This document shows, one piece after another, positions 25,112 to 33,342 of a stretch of DNA of 33,908 bases. Under the pieces are notes generated by a model. That model was given only the letters and a program-made list of their open reading frames with translations. It did not search any database and was not told the origin of the DNA. The stretch is taken from the IMG/VR virus record IMGVR_UViG_3300049023_000115, positions 1 through 33,908 of that record. One strand, given 5' to 3'. Each line of letters begins with the position of its first letter. The first letter of the stretch is position 1. The position numbers and the translations under genes are program-made. Source of the stretch: a virus (Duplodnaviria; Caudoviricetes).

Positions 25112-25578
25112 TGAGCAGTCTTAATCGTGTGCAGTTGATCGGCAATCTCGGGCGCGACCCCGAAAGCCGGTCCTTCCAGAATGGTGGCAAGGTTGTGAAC
25201 CTCAACCTCGCCGTCACCGAGCGCTGGAAAAAGGACGGGGAGACCAAGGAGCGCACCGAATGGATTTCGGTTGCGATCATGAACGAGAATATCGGCTCTA
25301 TCGCCGAACGATATCTCCGCAAGGGATCGAAGGTCTACATCGAGGGCAAGTTCTCCACCCGCAAGTGGAAGGACCAGCAGGGCAACGACCGCTATTCAAC
25401 CGAGGTTGTGCTGCAGGGCTTCGACGGGAAGCTCGTCCTTCTCGACGGCAAGGGCAGCGAGCGCCAGGAACAGCGCGGCGGAGGCGGTTCGGCATACGAT
25501 GCTGATCTGGACGGGGACGACGTTCCTTTCGTTTCGTGCGACCCCCGCCGGGAGAACAGGCGGAAGGTGGCGCTGTAA
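25111..25578 (+). CDS. ssb: Single-stranded DNA-binding protein
   Basis: LNRVQLIGNLGRDPE...YLRKGSKVYIEG...DRYSTEVV...DDVPF. Confidence 0.96.
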   Translation: MSSLNRVQLIGNLGRDPESRSFQNGGKVVNLNLAVTERWKKDGETKERTEWISVAIMNENIGSIAERYLRKGSKVYIEGKFSTRKWKDQQGNDRYSTEVVLQGFDGKLVLLDGKGSERQEQRGGGGSAYDADLDGDDVPFVSCDPRRENRRKVAL

Positions 25579-25581
25579 GCC

Positions 25582-25971
25582 ATGCGCGTCAACGTCGCCC
25601 CTCGCCGCAAGAACTCGCCTCGCCCCGAGGAAAAGAGCGCGCCAACCTACCTGCAATGGCTGCGTGGGCGCGAATGCTTCCTAGACGGGCGGGGCTGCGG
25701 CTGGGGCGATCCTCCGCGCAAAAGCTTCATTGAGGCGGCGCACGTCGATCACGGCGGAGACAAGGGCATGTCCACCAAGGCGAGCGACCGCTTCGCCATC
25801 CCCCTCTGCCAGCGCCACCATGACGAGCAAGGTGGGAAGATCGGGTCTTTCCGCCAGCGCGGTGGCTGGCGCTCGTTCGAGCTGAAATACGGGTTCGACG
25901 CGGTCAAGGCTGCAGCGGCCTATTGGGAGCGCTGGCCCAGCCGGACGAACTGGGAGGCCAAGCATGGCTGA
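25582..25971 (+). CDS. DUF968-like HNH-type nuclease
   Basis: YLQWLRGREC...EAAHV...GMSTKASDRFAIPLCQRHHDEQ. Confidence 0.8.
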   Translation: MRVNVAPRRKNSPRPEEKSAPTYLQWLRGRECFLDGRGCGWGDPPRKSFIEAAHVDHGGDKGMSTKASDRFAIPLCQRHHDEQGGKIGSFRQRGGWRSFELKYGFDAVKAAAAYWERWPSRTNWEAKHG

Positions 25972-26407
25972 TGAAATGCCCCTGATCTTTCGGAAGCAAC
26001 TCGGAAGCCTCCGCCCTGCCAACCACGCGGCGGAGAAGGCCCTTGCAGCGATCGACGGCACCGTTCGGGTGCGGATCACACGGGTGAGCCCCAACGTGCG
26101 CCGTATGGGTTTTTACTGGCTCATGTTGCAGGTCGCGGCTGAGGCGCTCAACGAGCATCCGCAGTTCGACGGCCAGCTCGACGCGGAATCGCTCCACCGG
26201 CTGCTCAAGCACAAGCTGGAATTGGGCAAGTGGATGCAGCTGCCGTCTGGCGAACGCTGGCTCGACGTGGACAGCATCTCCTTCGGCAAGATGTCCGAAC
26301 CCGAGCGCGCGGCGTGGGTCGATCGCGTCGCGGCGCTGCTGTCCCGCTGGCTGTCCGTGCCGATCGAGGATTTGATGAACGAAGCCCGCGCAAGGGAGGC
26401 TGCATGA
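25964..26407 (+). CDS. NinB/DUF1367-like recombination protein
   Basis: RRMGFYWLML...LHRLLK...SISFGKMSE; position in the recombination module. Confidence 0.65.
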   Translation: MADEMPLIFRKQLGSLRPANHAAEKALAAIDGTVRVRITRVSPNVRRMGFYWLMLQVAAEALNEHPQFDGQLDAESLHRLLKHKLELGKWMQLPSGERWLDVDSISFGKMSEPERAAWVDRVAALLSRWLSVPIEDLMNEARAREAA

Positions 26408-26583
26408 TCTGCTTTCGCGACAGGCTATTCTGTTCCGCGCGCTGCGCTACGGTCGAATGCGACCGTCATTGGAATGAGACGCTGGCCGCTCAGGCTCGGG
26501 CATGGTGGGGCAAGGACGGTGCGCCGGTTGCCTCTGCCGACATGAGTGTTGGGTGCATCGATTATAAGCCGGAGGCTGCATAA
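26404..26583 (+). CDS. Small Cys-rich hypothetical protein
   Basis: MICFRDRLFCSARCATVECDRH; ATGA overlap. Confidence 0.6.
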   Translation: MICFRDRLFCSARCATVECDRHWNETLAAQARAWWGKDGAPVASADMSVGCIDYKPEAA

Positions 26584-26584
26584 T

Positions 26585-26920
26585 ATGGGATCTTCAAAAG
26601 CGACGCCAGAATTGTTGGCCTGCCCCTTTTGCGGGAGTGCTGATGTCGAGCTTAGAGACGGAGATGCCTTCGAAGTGGCGTGCAACAACTGCGGTGCAAG
26701 AACGGGCAAAGCGTGGTCGCTCATAGACGGACGCAAGCGCGCCATCGCCGCATGGAACACCCGCCACCCTTCCGAAGCCCCCGCTATGGAAGCCGCGCTT
26801 CGGGATTTGCTGCGGATGCTGGATGGTGTCCGGTACACAGTCGGACTGGGCAAGAAACAGCTTGAGCGCATGGACAACGCCCGCGCCATCCTCGCTCGCA
26901 TAGACGGGGGCGAGAAATGA
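26585..26920 (+). CDS. Lar-family (restriction alleviation-like) protein
   Basis: LLACPFCGS...VACNNCGART...AIAAWNTR. Confidence 0.8.
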   Translation: MGSSKATPELLACPFCGSADVELRDGDAFEVACNNCGARTGKAWSLIDGRKRAIAAWNTRHPSEAPAMEAALRDLLRMLDGVRYTVGLGKKQLERMDNARAILARIDGGEK

Positions 26921-26965
26921 TCGACGCCCGCACCGGACGCGCTCAGGTGTCTTTAGGAGGATAAG

Positions 26966-27148
26966 ATGGGCAAGTTTATGGAAGTTAGTCGCGACACCTA
27001 TTATGCTCAAGCGGCGAATTGCTTGTTCTGTTTGCACATCGGATACACAGCTATATTCTTCGGGATTGGCGCTGGCGGTTACGGGGCAAGACTGGAACTT
27101 TTCACGCCATCGCGGTTGTTCCGCTTTCGCCACAGGATTCCCGCATGA
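26966..27148 (+). CDS. Small hypothetical protein
   Basis: AGGAGG RBS; lower GC. Confidence 0.5.
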   Translation: MGKFMEVSRDTYYAQAANCLFCLHIGYTAIFFGIGAGGYGARLELFTPSRLFRFRHRIPA

Positions 27149-27300
27149 ACTACACCCTATCCACCCATCGCCACGGCGGTCCTAGCAAGGACTGGCTGGA
27201 GCGCAAGCCCATGTACGAGGAGGCTATACCTCTTTCGTTCAAGGTGAAGTGGGCGGGGATTTGGATCTCTGTTGGGATTTTGATGGGGGTGATGTTGTGA
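27145..27300 (+). CDS. Small membrane protein
   Basis: ATGA overlap; C-terminal hydrophobic segment. Confidence 0.5.
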   Translation: MNYTLSTHRHGGPSKDWLERKPMYEEAIPLSFKVKWAGIWISVGILMGVML

Positions 27301-27599
27301 TCAAGATACACGCAATCAACAACGTGTATGCAGACTTGGTTGATCTTTATGGTAGGATCGGCGGGCGCGCAATCGCTAGTCTAACCACGCAGGAACTGAC
27401 AGACGGCTCCTTCTCAGAGCCATTCGTGAGAATGAATCCAGCCGAGGCTCAGGAGCTGGCAGATAGTCTGTGGGCCGCTGGCATTCGACCGTCTCAAGGA
27501 AAGCAATCCGAAGGGGTCACTGCCGCGCAAGCCCGGCACCTCGAAGATATGCGCCAGCTCGCGTTCGCAAAACTCAACGTCGAGAAACCCAATGACTGA
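27297..27599 (+). CDS. Conserved phage hypothetical protein
   Basis: AQELADSLWAAGIRP...HLEDMRQLAF; GTGA overlap. Confidence 0.7.
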   Translation: MIKIHAINNVYADLVDLYGRIGGRAIASLTTQELTDGSFSEPFVRMNPAEAQELADSLWAAGIRPSQGKQSEGVTAAQARHLEDMRQLAFAKLNVEKPND

Positions 27600-27825
27600 C
27601 CTCTCTATCCTGGCGAGCAAGCTGAGTGAGGCGGAGAAGAGCCTCATTATAACTGGGCATGGTGAAAAGATATCGGTTGCCCATCTGAACCAACTTGGGC
27701 TTCTGACGTACGAGCCGATCTATCATTCGGTCCCAGGCCTCGGCCGCAAGAAAATCGGCTACAAGGCTGGATATACCGACCTCGGCCTCTCTCTCCGCTC
27801 TTACTTGAAGGGGATGGAAGAATGA
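27592..27825 (+). CDS. Small hypothetical protein (wHTH-like)
   Basis: KLSEAEK...L..LGL...TDLGLSLRSYL. Confidence 0.6.
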   Translation: MTDLSILASKLSEAEKSLIITGHGEKISVAHLNQLGLLTYEPIYHSVPGLGRKKIGYKAGYTDLGLSLRSYLKGMEE

Positions 27826-28256
27826 CAGACGAGTATTTGGGCGCGTCCTTCGGATCGGGCTCGCGGCCCTTCGGGCTTGAGCCTGCTGCGCAGTCTCAAC
27901 CAGAGGCGCTGATCCCTCGCGCGGGTCTGACGAAACGCGCGGCCGAGTTTGTGCGGATCAATCGGACCTACTCCGTCGTGTCGGGCACGTGGCTGGACAA
28001 GGACGGGAGGAGGCCGAAGGGCGGGCCTGAGACTTGGGCGAAAATGAGCTACCGACTGGATAACGGGCAGCAGTTCACACTCAACGAAGCAGAACTTGCC
28101 GGGCTCAAAGCTATTGGCTTCCGACCTGTGTGGTGGGGCGATCGGTTCCGCCGCGCCGCGTCAGCGATGAGCACCGGAACAGCGAAAGCGCCGCAGGCGG
28201 TTGAGGGGCGAAGCCCTGCCAGCGCGGTGGCGAAGCCAGACGCCCAGGAGCAGTAG
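27822..28256 (+). CDS. Hypothetical protein whose N- and C-termini are encoded by structured inverted elements
   Basis: Open frame coupled upstream by ATGA, spanning both hairpin elements. Confidence 0.6.
   Translation: MTDEYLGASFGSGSRPFGLEPAAQSQPEALIPRAGLTKRAAEFVRINRTYSVVSGTWLDKDGRRPKGGPETWAKMSYRLDNGQQFTLNEAELAGLKAIGFRPVWWGDRFRRAASAMSTGTAKAPQAVEGRSPASAVAKPDAQEQ
27838..27917 (-). repeat. Structured inverted element, left copy (three c-GNA-g hairpins)
   Basis: Minus strand: CTGC-GCA-GCAG, GCCC-GAA-GGGC, TCC-GAA-GGA, ending CGCCCA. Confidence 0.8.
28163..28246 (+). repeat. Structured inverted element, right copy (three c-GNA-g hairpins)
   Basis: Plus strand: CGCC-GCA-GGCG, GGGC-GAA-GCCC, TGGC-GAA-GCCA, ending CGCCCA. 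Confidence 0.8.
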
Positions 28257-28257
28257 C

Positions 28258-28671
28258 ATGACCACTAAAGAGACAGCCGATATAGTGGGGTGGCTCCATG
28301 TCCGCAGCCAATGCACCTATCACCACGAAGCTGAGATCGTAGGAACGCGCTCCGGGCTTGAGGCTCTCCAGTGCGCGGTCGAAGAGGCGTTGGGCACTGG
28401 CACCGGAACCGCCGCCGCGTGCGCGTCAGATGGCGAGGGCTATGCGCTCCGCGTCAGGCGCACATCGACAATAGCAGGTCTCGGGCGTCCTACATACCTT
28501 GATGAGATCGGGCGTGAATTAGCCGACATGGAGCGGAACCATCTCGTTCACACAAGTCGGGCTGTGGAGAAGCAGGCGAAAGAAGCGTTAGAGGCTCTTC
28601 GCTGGTGCCGGGTGAACGGAAACCCGCATCTCCCCACCCCTCCAGTAGAGGGGGAGAACCGTGGGAGCTGA
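28258..28671 (+). CDS. Hypothetical protein
   Basis: AGGAG RBS; H.EAEIVGTRSGLEAL...ASDGEGY. Confidence 0.7.
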   Translation: MTTKETADIVGWLHVRSQCTYHHEAEIVGTRSGLEALQCAVEEALGTGTGTAAACASDGEGYALRVRRTSTIAGLGRPTYLDEIGRELADMERNHLVHTSRAVEKQAKEALEALRWCRVNGNPHLPTPPVEGENRGS

Positions 28672-28987
28672 GCTGCTGACAGCGGACGAGGCGGCCGCGC
28701 GGCTGCACGTATGCGAGCGGACCTTGCGCAAACTGCGGAAGGAGGGCTTGATCCTCTATGTCGCCGTCACCGACCGGAAGTTCCTCTACCGGCCTGAGGA
28801 CTGCGACGCCTATCTGGAATCGCGCCTTCGCAAGGATGAACCGTGTCCGTCTACAAAACCGACAAGTCGCCGTATTGGCAATACGACTTTCAGCGCAAGA
28901 AGCAGCGGTTTCATGGCAGCACGGGCTGCACGTCGAAGCGCGACGCAGAAGCCTTCGAGGCCCGCCTCAAGCGAGAGGTCGCGCTAG
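28661..28987 (+). CDS. Excisionase (MerR-like HTH)
   Basis: LLTADEAAARLHVCERTLRKLRKEG.I.Y...YRPED...YL; overlaps the integrase start. Confidence 0.85.
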   Translation: MGAELLTADEAAARLHVCERTLRKLRKEGLILYVAVTDRKFLYRPEDCDAYLESRLRKDEPCPSTKPTSRRIGNTTFSARSSGFMAARAARRSATQKPSRPASSERSR

Positions 28988-29967
28988 GCCATGAGGCAAA
29001 GCGGCCGATCACCCTTGACGCCGCCTGCCAGGCCTATTGGAAGGACAAGGGCCAGCACGAGAGCAGTTCGACCACGACCGATTACCAGCTCGCCAATCTG
29101 TGCGAGGGCATCGGGGCCAATCGCTTGCTAAGCTCGATCGGCACCGAAGATTTCCGGCGCTACATCGCCAAGCGCCGCGCGACGGTGAGCAACGCCAGCG
29201 TCAATCGCGAATGGCAACTGGCCCGCCGGGTCTGGAAGCACGCTGCGGCCGCCGGGTACGATCTTCCGATCCCAGGAACCCCCGACGCGATCGACTGGAG
29301 CAAGCTGCGCCTGGACGAGCCGAAGGAGCGTGTCCGCGAGCTTACAGCCGATGAGGAAAAGCGGCTGTTCGAGAAGCTTCCCGAAAGCCTCAAACCAGTC
29401 GTGGAGTTCGCCGCGCTGTCCGGGCAGCGCCGCTCCGCGGTGATAGGGCTCCTTTGGGACAAGGTGGATCTATCCGGCCCGCGCGCGACGATCGGGCTCA
29501 AAGGGGGAGGGGAGCACACCTTCCCTCTTACACCCCGGCTCGTCGAGATCATCGAGGCGCAGCCGGTGGTTGAGGACTGCCCGTTCGTGTTCACCTATGC
29601 CTGTGAGCGGCCGAGCCCGCCCCGGAAGGATCGGCCCCGGCGCTACAAGGGCCAGCGCTATCCGTTCAGCAAGCAGGGCTGGATGCGCAAGTGGCGCAAG
29701 GCCCTTGCCGACGCCAAGATCACCAACTTCCGCTTCCACGATCTGAGGCACACGCGGGGGACGCGCATCCTCCGCAGCACCGGCAACCTCAAGACCGTCC
29801 AGAAGCTCCTGGGACATACGGACATCGCCACAACAGCCCGCTACGCGCACGCACTGGAGGACGATATCCGCGACGCGATGCTTGCAGGCGAATCCCGGAA
29901 TAGTACCGGACAGGCATTGACAAAGAAGCGCCAATCCCGCAGAAAAGCTAGTGAAACGGAGCAATAG
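28843..29967 (+). CDS. Tyrosine integrase
   Basis: Catalytic R (SGQRRS), K (LKGG), HxxR (FHDLRHT), H (LLGH), Y (TARYAH). Confidence 0.97.
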   Translation: MSVYKTDKSPYWQYDFQRKKQRFHGSTGCTSKRDAEAFEARLKREVALGHEAKRPITLDAACQAYWKDKGQHESSSTTTDYQLANLCEGIGANRLLSSIGTEDFRRYIAKRRATVSNASVNREWQLARRVWKHAAAAGYDLPIPGTPDAIDWSKLRLDEPKERVRELTADEEKRLFEKLPESLKPVVEFAALSGQRRSAVIGLLWDKVDLSGPRATIGLKGGGEHTFPLTPRLVEIIEAQPVVEDCPFVFTYACERPSPPRKDRPRRYKGQRYPFSKQGWMRKWRKALADAKITNFRFHDLRHTRGTRILRSTGNLKTVQKLLGHTDIATTARYAHALEDDIRDAMLAGESRNSTGQALTKKRQSRRKASETEQ

Positions 29968-29973
29968 AATGCA

Positions 29974-30023
<50 letters not shown>

Positions 30024-30305
30024 AATTCCTGTTTTCAAGGATTTTTCCCCCGCGGTCTGAACTTGCGCGAAACCCGCGCAGTTCTGCGCCAATTCGCCGA
30101 GCCGCTTCCGTCCGCGTGCCACCGAGACGTTTCGAGCCCTTAAAACGGCGCAAAAATGTCCGTCCGTCTCTGTCGGCCCAGAAGGTGGCATTCAGAATAG
30201 CCGGCGCGGCGCGAACCGCTCCGGTCGACCACCACGAGTTCGACCGCCCGCCCGATTGAGCAATGGGAGGACGAGCGATCCCTATGTCGCTATCGAAGGG
30301 TGGGA

Positions 30306-30921
30306 TCAGGCAAATCCGAGCCGGCGGCGCTGCTCGGCCCAACCGAGCGGCAGATCCTTGGCGCGGATCAGTTGCCGGGCGCTGAGGCCGTCAGGTTGAC
30401 GACCCGTCAGGATGGATTCGACGATGTCGGGAGCAAGATAGGTCAGTTTGGCGAAGCGGAGGAGCTCGTTGCGGTAACGCTTGTCGCTCCCCGGGCCGAT
30501 TTGGAGCAGCTCATCTCGCGATGTGCGGGCTTTGACCAGCAGCGCGATCAGGCCGGGATCCTGCTTCGCGGGCCGGGACGAAGGCGGCTCGAACACGATT
30601 CGGCTCTCCTTGCCCCGACGACGAACGGTGGTGCGAATCTCGATGGGAAGACGCGCGAGGTCGCCGACATTGCTGTTCCCGCCGTCGACCAGCGCCAGCA
30701 GGCGCCCAATCGAACAGCTCGCATCTACGTGATCCTCCCTGACGAGGATCTGGAAATCGAGCTTTTGCAGGAGCAGTCTCGCCTCGGAGACGCGGGCACT
30801 TTTGATCTGCTTGGCGAGTTCGCGACACCGCCGTTCGGCATATTTCGCGGTATGGGCATCATAATCGCTCCAGCGCTCGTGAACCGGCTGGGCCTGATCG
30901 AGCATGACGGCGACGGCATCG
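30306..30921 (-). pseudogene. C-terminal remnant of a large serine recombinase-family gene
   Basis: DPGLIALLVKA...RFAKLTYLAPDIVESILTGRQP..L....L....LPLGWAEQRRRLGF tail motif; no catalytic N-domain. Confidence 0.75.
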
Positions 30922-31755
30922 CTTCTCGCAGCGCTGGAGTTGCGAGCGCGCGTGGGCTGGACGGTCGATCTGGTGGATCCGCTGCCAACCGGACAGGTTG
31001 ATGCTAGTGAATTCGTGGCGCGGATCCGGCCCGAGACGGCATTCGTGTCGCTGATGCAGGCGAACAACGAGACGGGCGTGATCCAGCCGGTGGCGAAGAT
31101 TGGCCGCGCAATTCGTCGGATCGCTCCCGGCGCACTGTTCCACGTCGACGCAACGCAGGTCCCCGGCCGCCTCGCTTCATCGTTCGACGACGACCTGGCT
31201 GACGTCGATTTCCTGTCGATCTCGGCCCACAAGTTTCATGGTCCAAAGGGCATCGGCGCCTTGTTTGTTGCGGATGGCCGGGTTCCGGCGCTGATCCACG
31301 GCAGCCAGGAATCGGGGCAGCGTGGCGGAACGCTCAACACGGCGGGTGCAGCGGGCCTGGCGGCTGCTGCGAAGCTCGCGCGGATCCGAATCGGGGAGAT
31401 GGACCGAGTCCGCGCGCTTCGTGACAGCTTCGAGCAGGGCTTGCGCGAGCAGATCGGAAGCGTTCAGATCCTCGGCGACGAGGCGGAGCGGCTGCCCAAC
31501 ACATCCGCTTTCTCCTTGCCCGGCATTGATGCTCTGGAAGTGGTGGACGCGCTCGCGCGGGACGGCATCGTGATCGCCTCGGGCGCGGCCTGTGCGAGCG
31601 GCGCTACAGCGCCCTCGCATGTCCTTACGGCCATGGGACTCGACTATGCCCATGCCAAGAGAGCGCTGCGGGTCAGCTTGTCGCGCCTGACCACCGAAGT
31701 GGAGATCGAAGCAGTCATCGAGCGAATCTGCGACGTCGCCCGCGTTCGAGCCTGA
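30904..31755 (+). pseudogene. 5'-truncated cysteine desulfurase (NifS/IscS/DndA family)
   Basis: MQANNETG, FHVDATQ, SAHKFHGPKGIGAL and SGAAC...PSHVLTAMG are present; the N-terminal YLD..ATT, FTSG.TE and EH motifs are absent. Confidence 0.85.
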
Positions 31756-31764
31756 CGGGCGCTT

Positions 31765-32952
31765 ATGGTACCGACGCGAACGGGTATACTGGGCCGCGCA
31801 TTCGACTCGACCGCGGCCAGCTATAAATTCTTATGGTTTCTTGCGGTGCTGCGCTTGCTGCCCCGCACTTGCGACGCCCACGCGGCGCTCAGCGTTCGCG
31901 CGATTGTGGCCGAAATGATCGTCATCGCCTGGGCGCCGGCGGCCCTATACCGACTCTCCTTCGGCGCGCATGACCGTCTTCAGGACGCCGTCCGAGATCT
32001 GCAGTCGGCGGCCCGCCTGCGACGCACAGCCTCGGAAGCGCAAGTGCGCAGGGCATTGGCCGGTTGGTCGCAGGCTGCCGCGCGCATCGACGCGCTATCG
32101 AACCTTGTTCCCACACGCTTTCTGGGCCCATGGCTGGAGATCGATCTGCCATCATCCATTCGAGACGACCGCCGAACTCGGGCCATTGTAAAACTGGCGC
32201 GGCAGACACTCGCCGAGAGTGATGGCCCGCCCTGCGCCATCGAGCGGGGCGCGGACGGAACGATGATCGTTCTCGGGGCGGGCTGGCGAGATTGGTTGTT
32301 GGCGCACCAACTGATTTTGGATAGTCATGCCGAGCTCGCCCTCGCCCGATTTCTGCAAGCGCGAAACCCGCACGTTCCCGGAATAACCGAGAAGGTCCGG
32401 ATGCCGGGAAGTCGAAAGCTCGCGCCAGCGCGGCGAATGTTCTCTCACCTGCGGGCGCGCCAAGGGTGCCTCCTCGACGTCTACGACGGTACCACGCTCG
32501 ATGATCGCTTTGCCATCGACCATGTTCTGCCCCGTGCTTTCGTGGCGCATGACCTGTTATGGAATCTGGCGCCCACCCAGCAGCAAATGAACCGAGACAA
32601 AGGCGAGGCGCTGCCCGACTCGTCCTTGCTGGCGCGCATCGGCGCGTTCCAATACGAACTGATTCAAGCAGCGCCAATGGGAGCGAGCGAACTCGAGGAC
32701 TACCTGGCGGTCTTCGGATTGGATGAGCAAGAACTCCGCACCTTATCCCAAACGAGTTTTGTGAACCGATATCTGGAGCTGTTGACGCCCTTGATGCTTG
32801 TCGCCGCCGCTCAAGGATTTCGCACCCATTGGCGTCCGTCAGTCACAAGAGGCGCGGATTCGCAATCCGATCAGCTCCAGCTCTTGACGAAATCCGCTTC
32901 CGGCAATCGGAGCGTTTCGGGGAGCTCACCTTCGCAGGTGATCCCGAGATAG
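31765..32952 (+). CDS. HNH endonuclease domain protein (candidate restriction/defence nuclease)
   Basis: N-terminal SYKFLWFLAVL...AW.P...RLSFG..D; HNH IDHVLPRAFVAHDLLWNL.....NRDK. Confidence 0.82.
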   Translation: MVPTRTGILGRAFDSTAASYKFLWFLAVLRLLPRTCDAHAALSVRAIVAEMIVIAWAPAALYRLSFGAHDRLQDAVRDLQSAARLRRTASEAQVRRALAGWSQAAARIDALSNLVPTRFLGPWLEIDLPSSIRDDRRTRAIVKLARQTLAESDGPPCAIERGADGTMIVLGAGWRDWLLAHQLILDSHAELALARFLQARNPHVPGITEKVRMPGSRKLAPARRMFSHLRARQGCLLDVYDGTTLDDRFAIDHVLPRAFVAHDLLWNLAPTQQQMNRDKGEALPDSSLLARIGAFQYELIQAAPMGASELEDYLAVFGLDEQELRTLSQTSFVNRYLELLTPLMLVAAAQGFRTHWRPSVTRGADSQSDQLQLLTKSASGNRSVSGSSPSQVIPR

Positions 32953-33041
32953 GTGGCGGTTCGGGTCGCGCCTACATACAGAAATCGCGCGTAAAGCTCC
33001 TGCTGCTCGGCAAGCTGGTCGATCGCTCAAGCTTTGACGTG
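32871..33041 (-). pseudogene. Remnant of a UvrD-like (SF1) helicase C-terminus
   Basis: Manual translation gives a broken HVK(G)LE, then IDQLAEQQELYARFLYVGATRTATYLGITCEGELP...FVKSWS-stop (motifs V and VI). Confidence 0.7.
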
Positions 33042-33342
33042 CTATCACTTTGCAGCTCTTCAATTGCCAATGCCAGTCTCCTACCGGCAACTTTGCCGCC
33101 GTCCGGAAAGCCGCCATCCGACGTCCCCCATGGCGAGATGAATGTACGGCCGGTTTCGCGGAGCGTGCCTTGGGACAGGAATGGCGCCTTTGTTGGCGCT
33201 CGCTGACGTTAATCCTTCGCCTAGGCTGATGTCAGCTCTCCCCACGTCCCTGATTGGAAGCCGTCGTTTGGAACCGGGCCCACTTCGGCCCGGATCCGCA
33301 TTGGGAGGAGTTGCTCAAGTAGGAGCGAACAACGGTCTCTCT

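Noticed and set aside
28163-28200. Hammerhead ribozyme (GATGAG...GAAA)
   Set aside because: The core reads GCGATGA rather than CTGATGA, stem II cannot pair, and the inverted partner lacks the motif.
30306-31232. 308-aa minus-strand ORF as one gene
   Set aside because: Its first ~100 codons are the antisense of the desulfurase; only the part left of about 30921 is recombinase-like.
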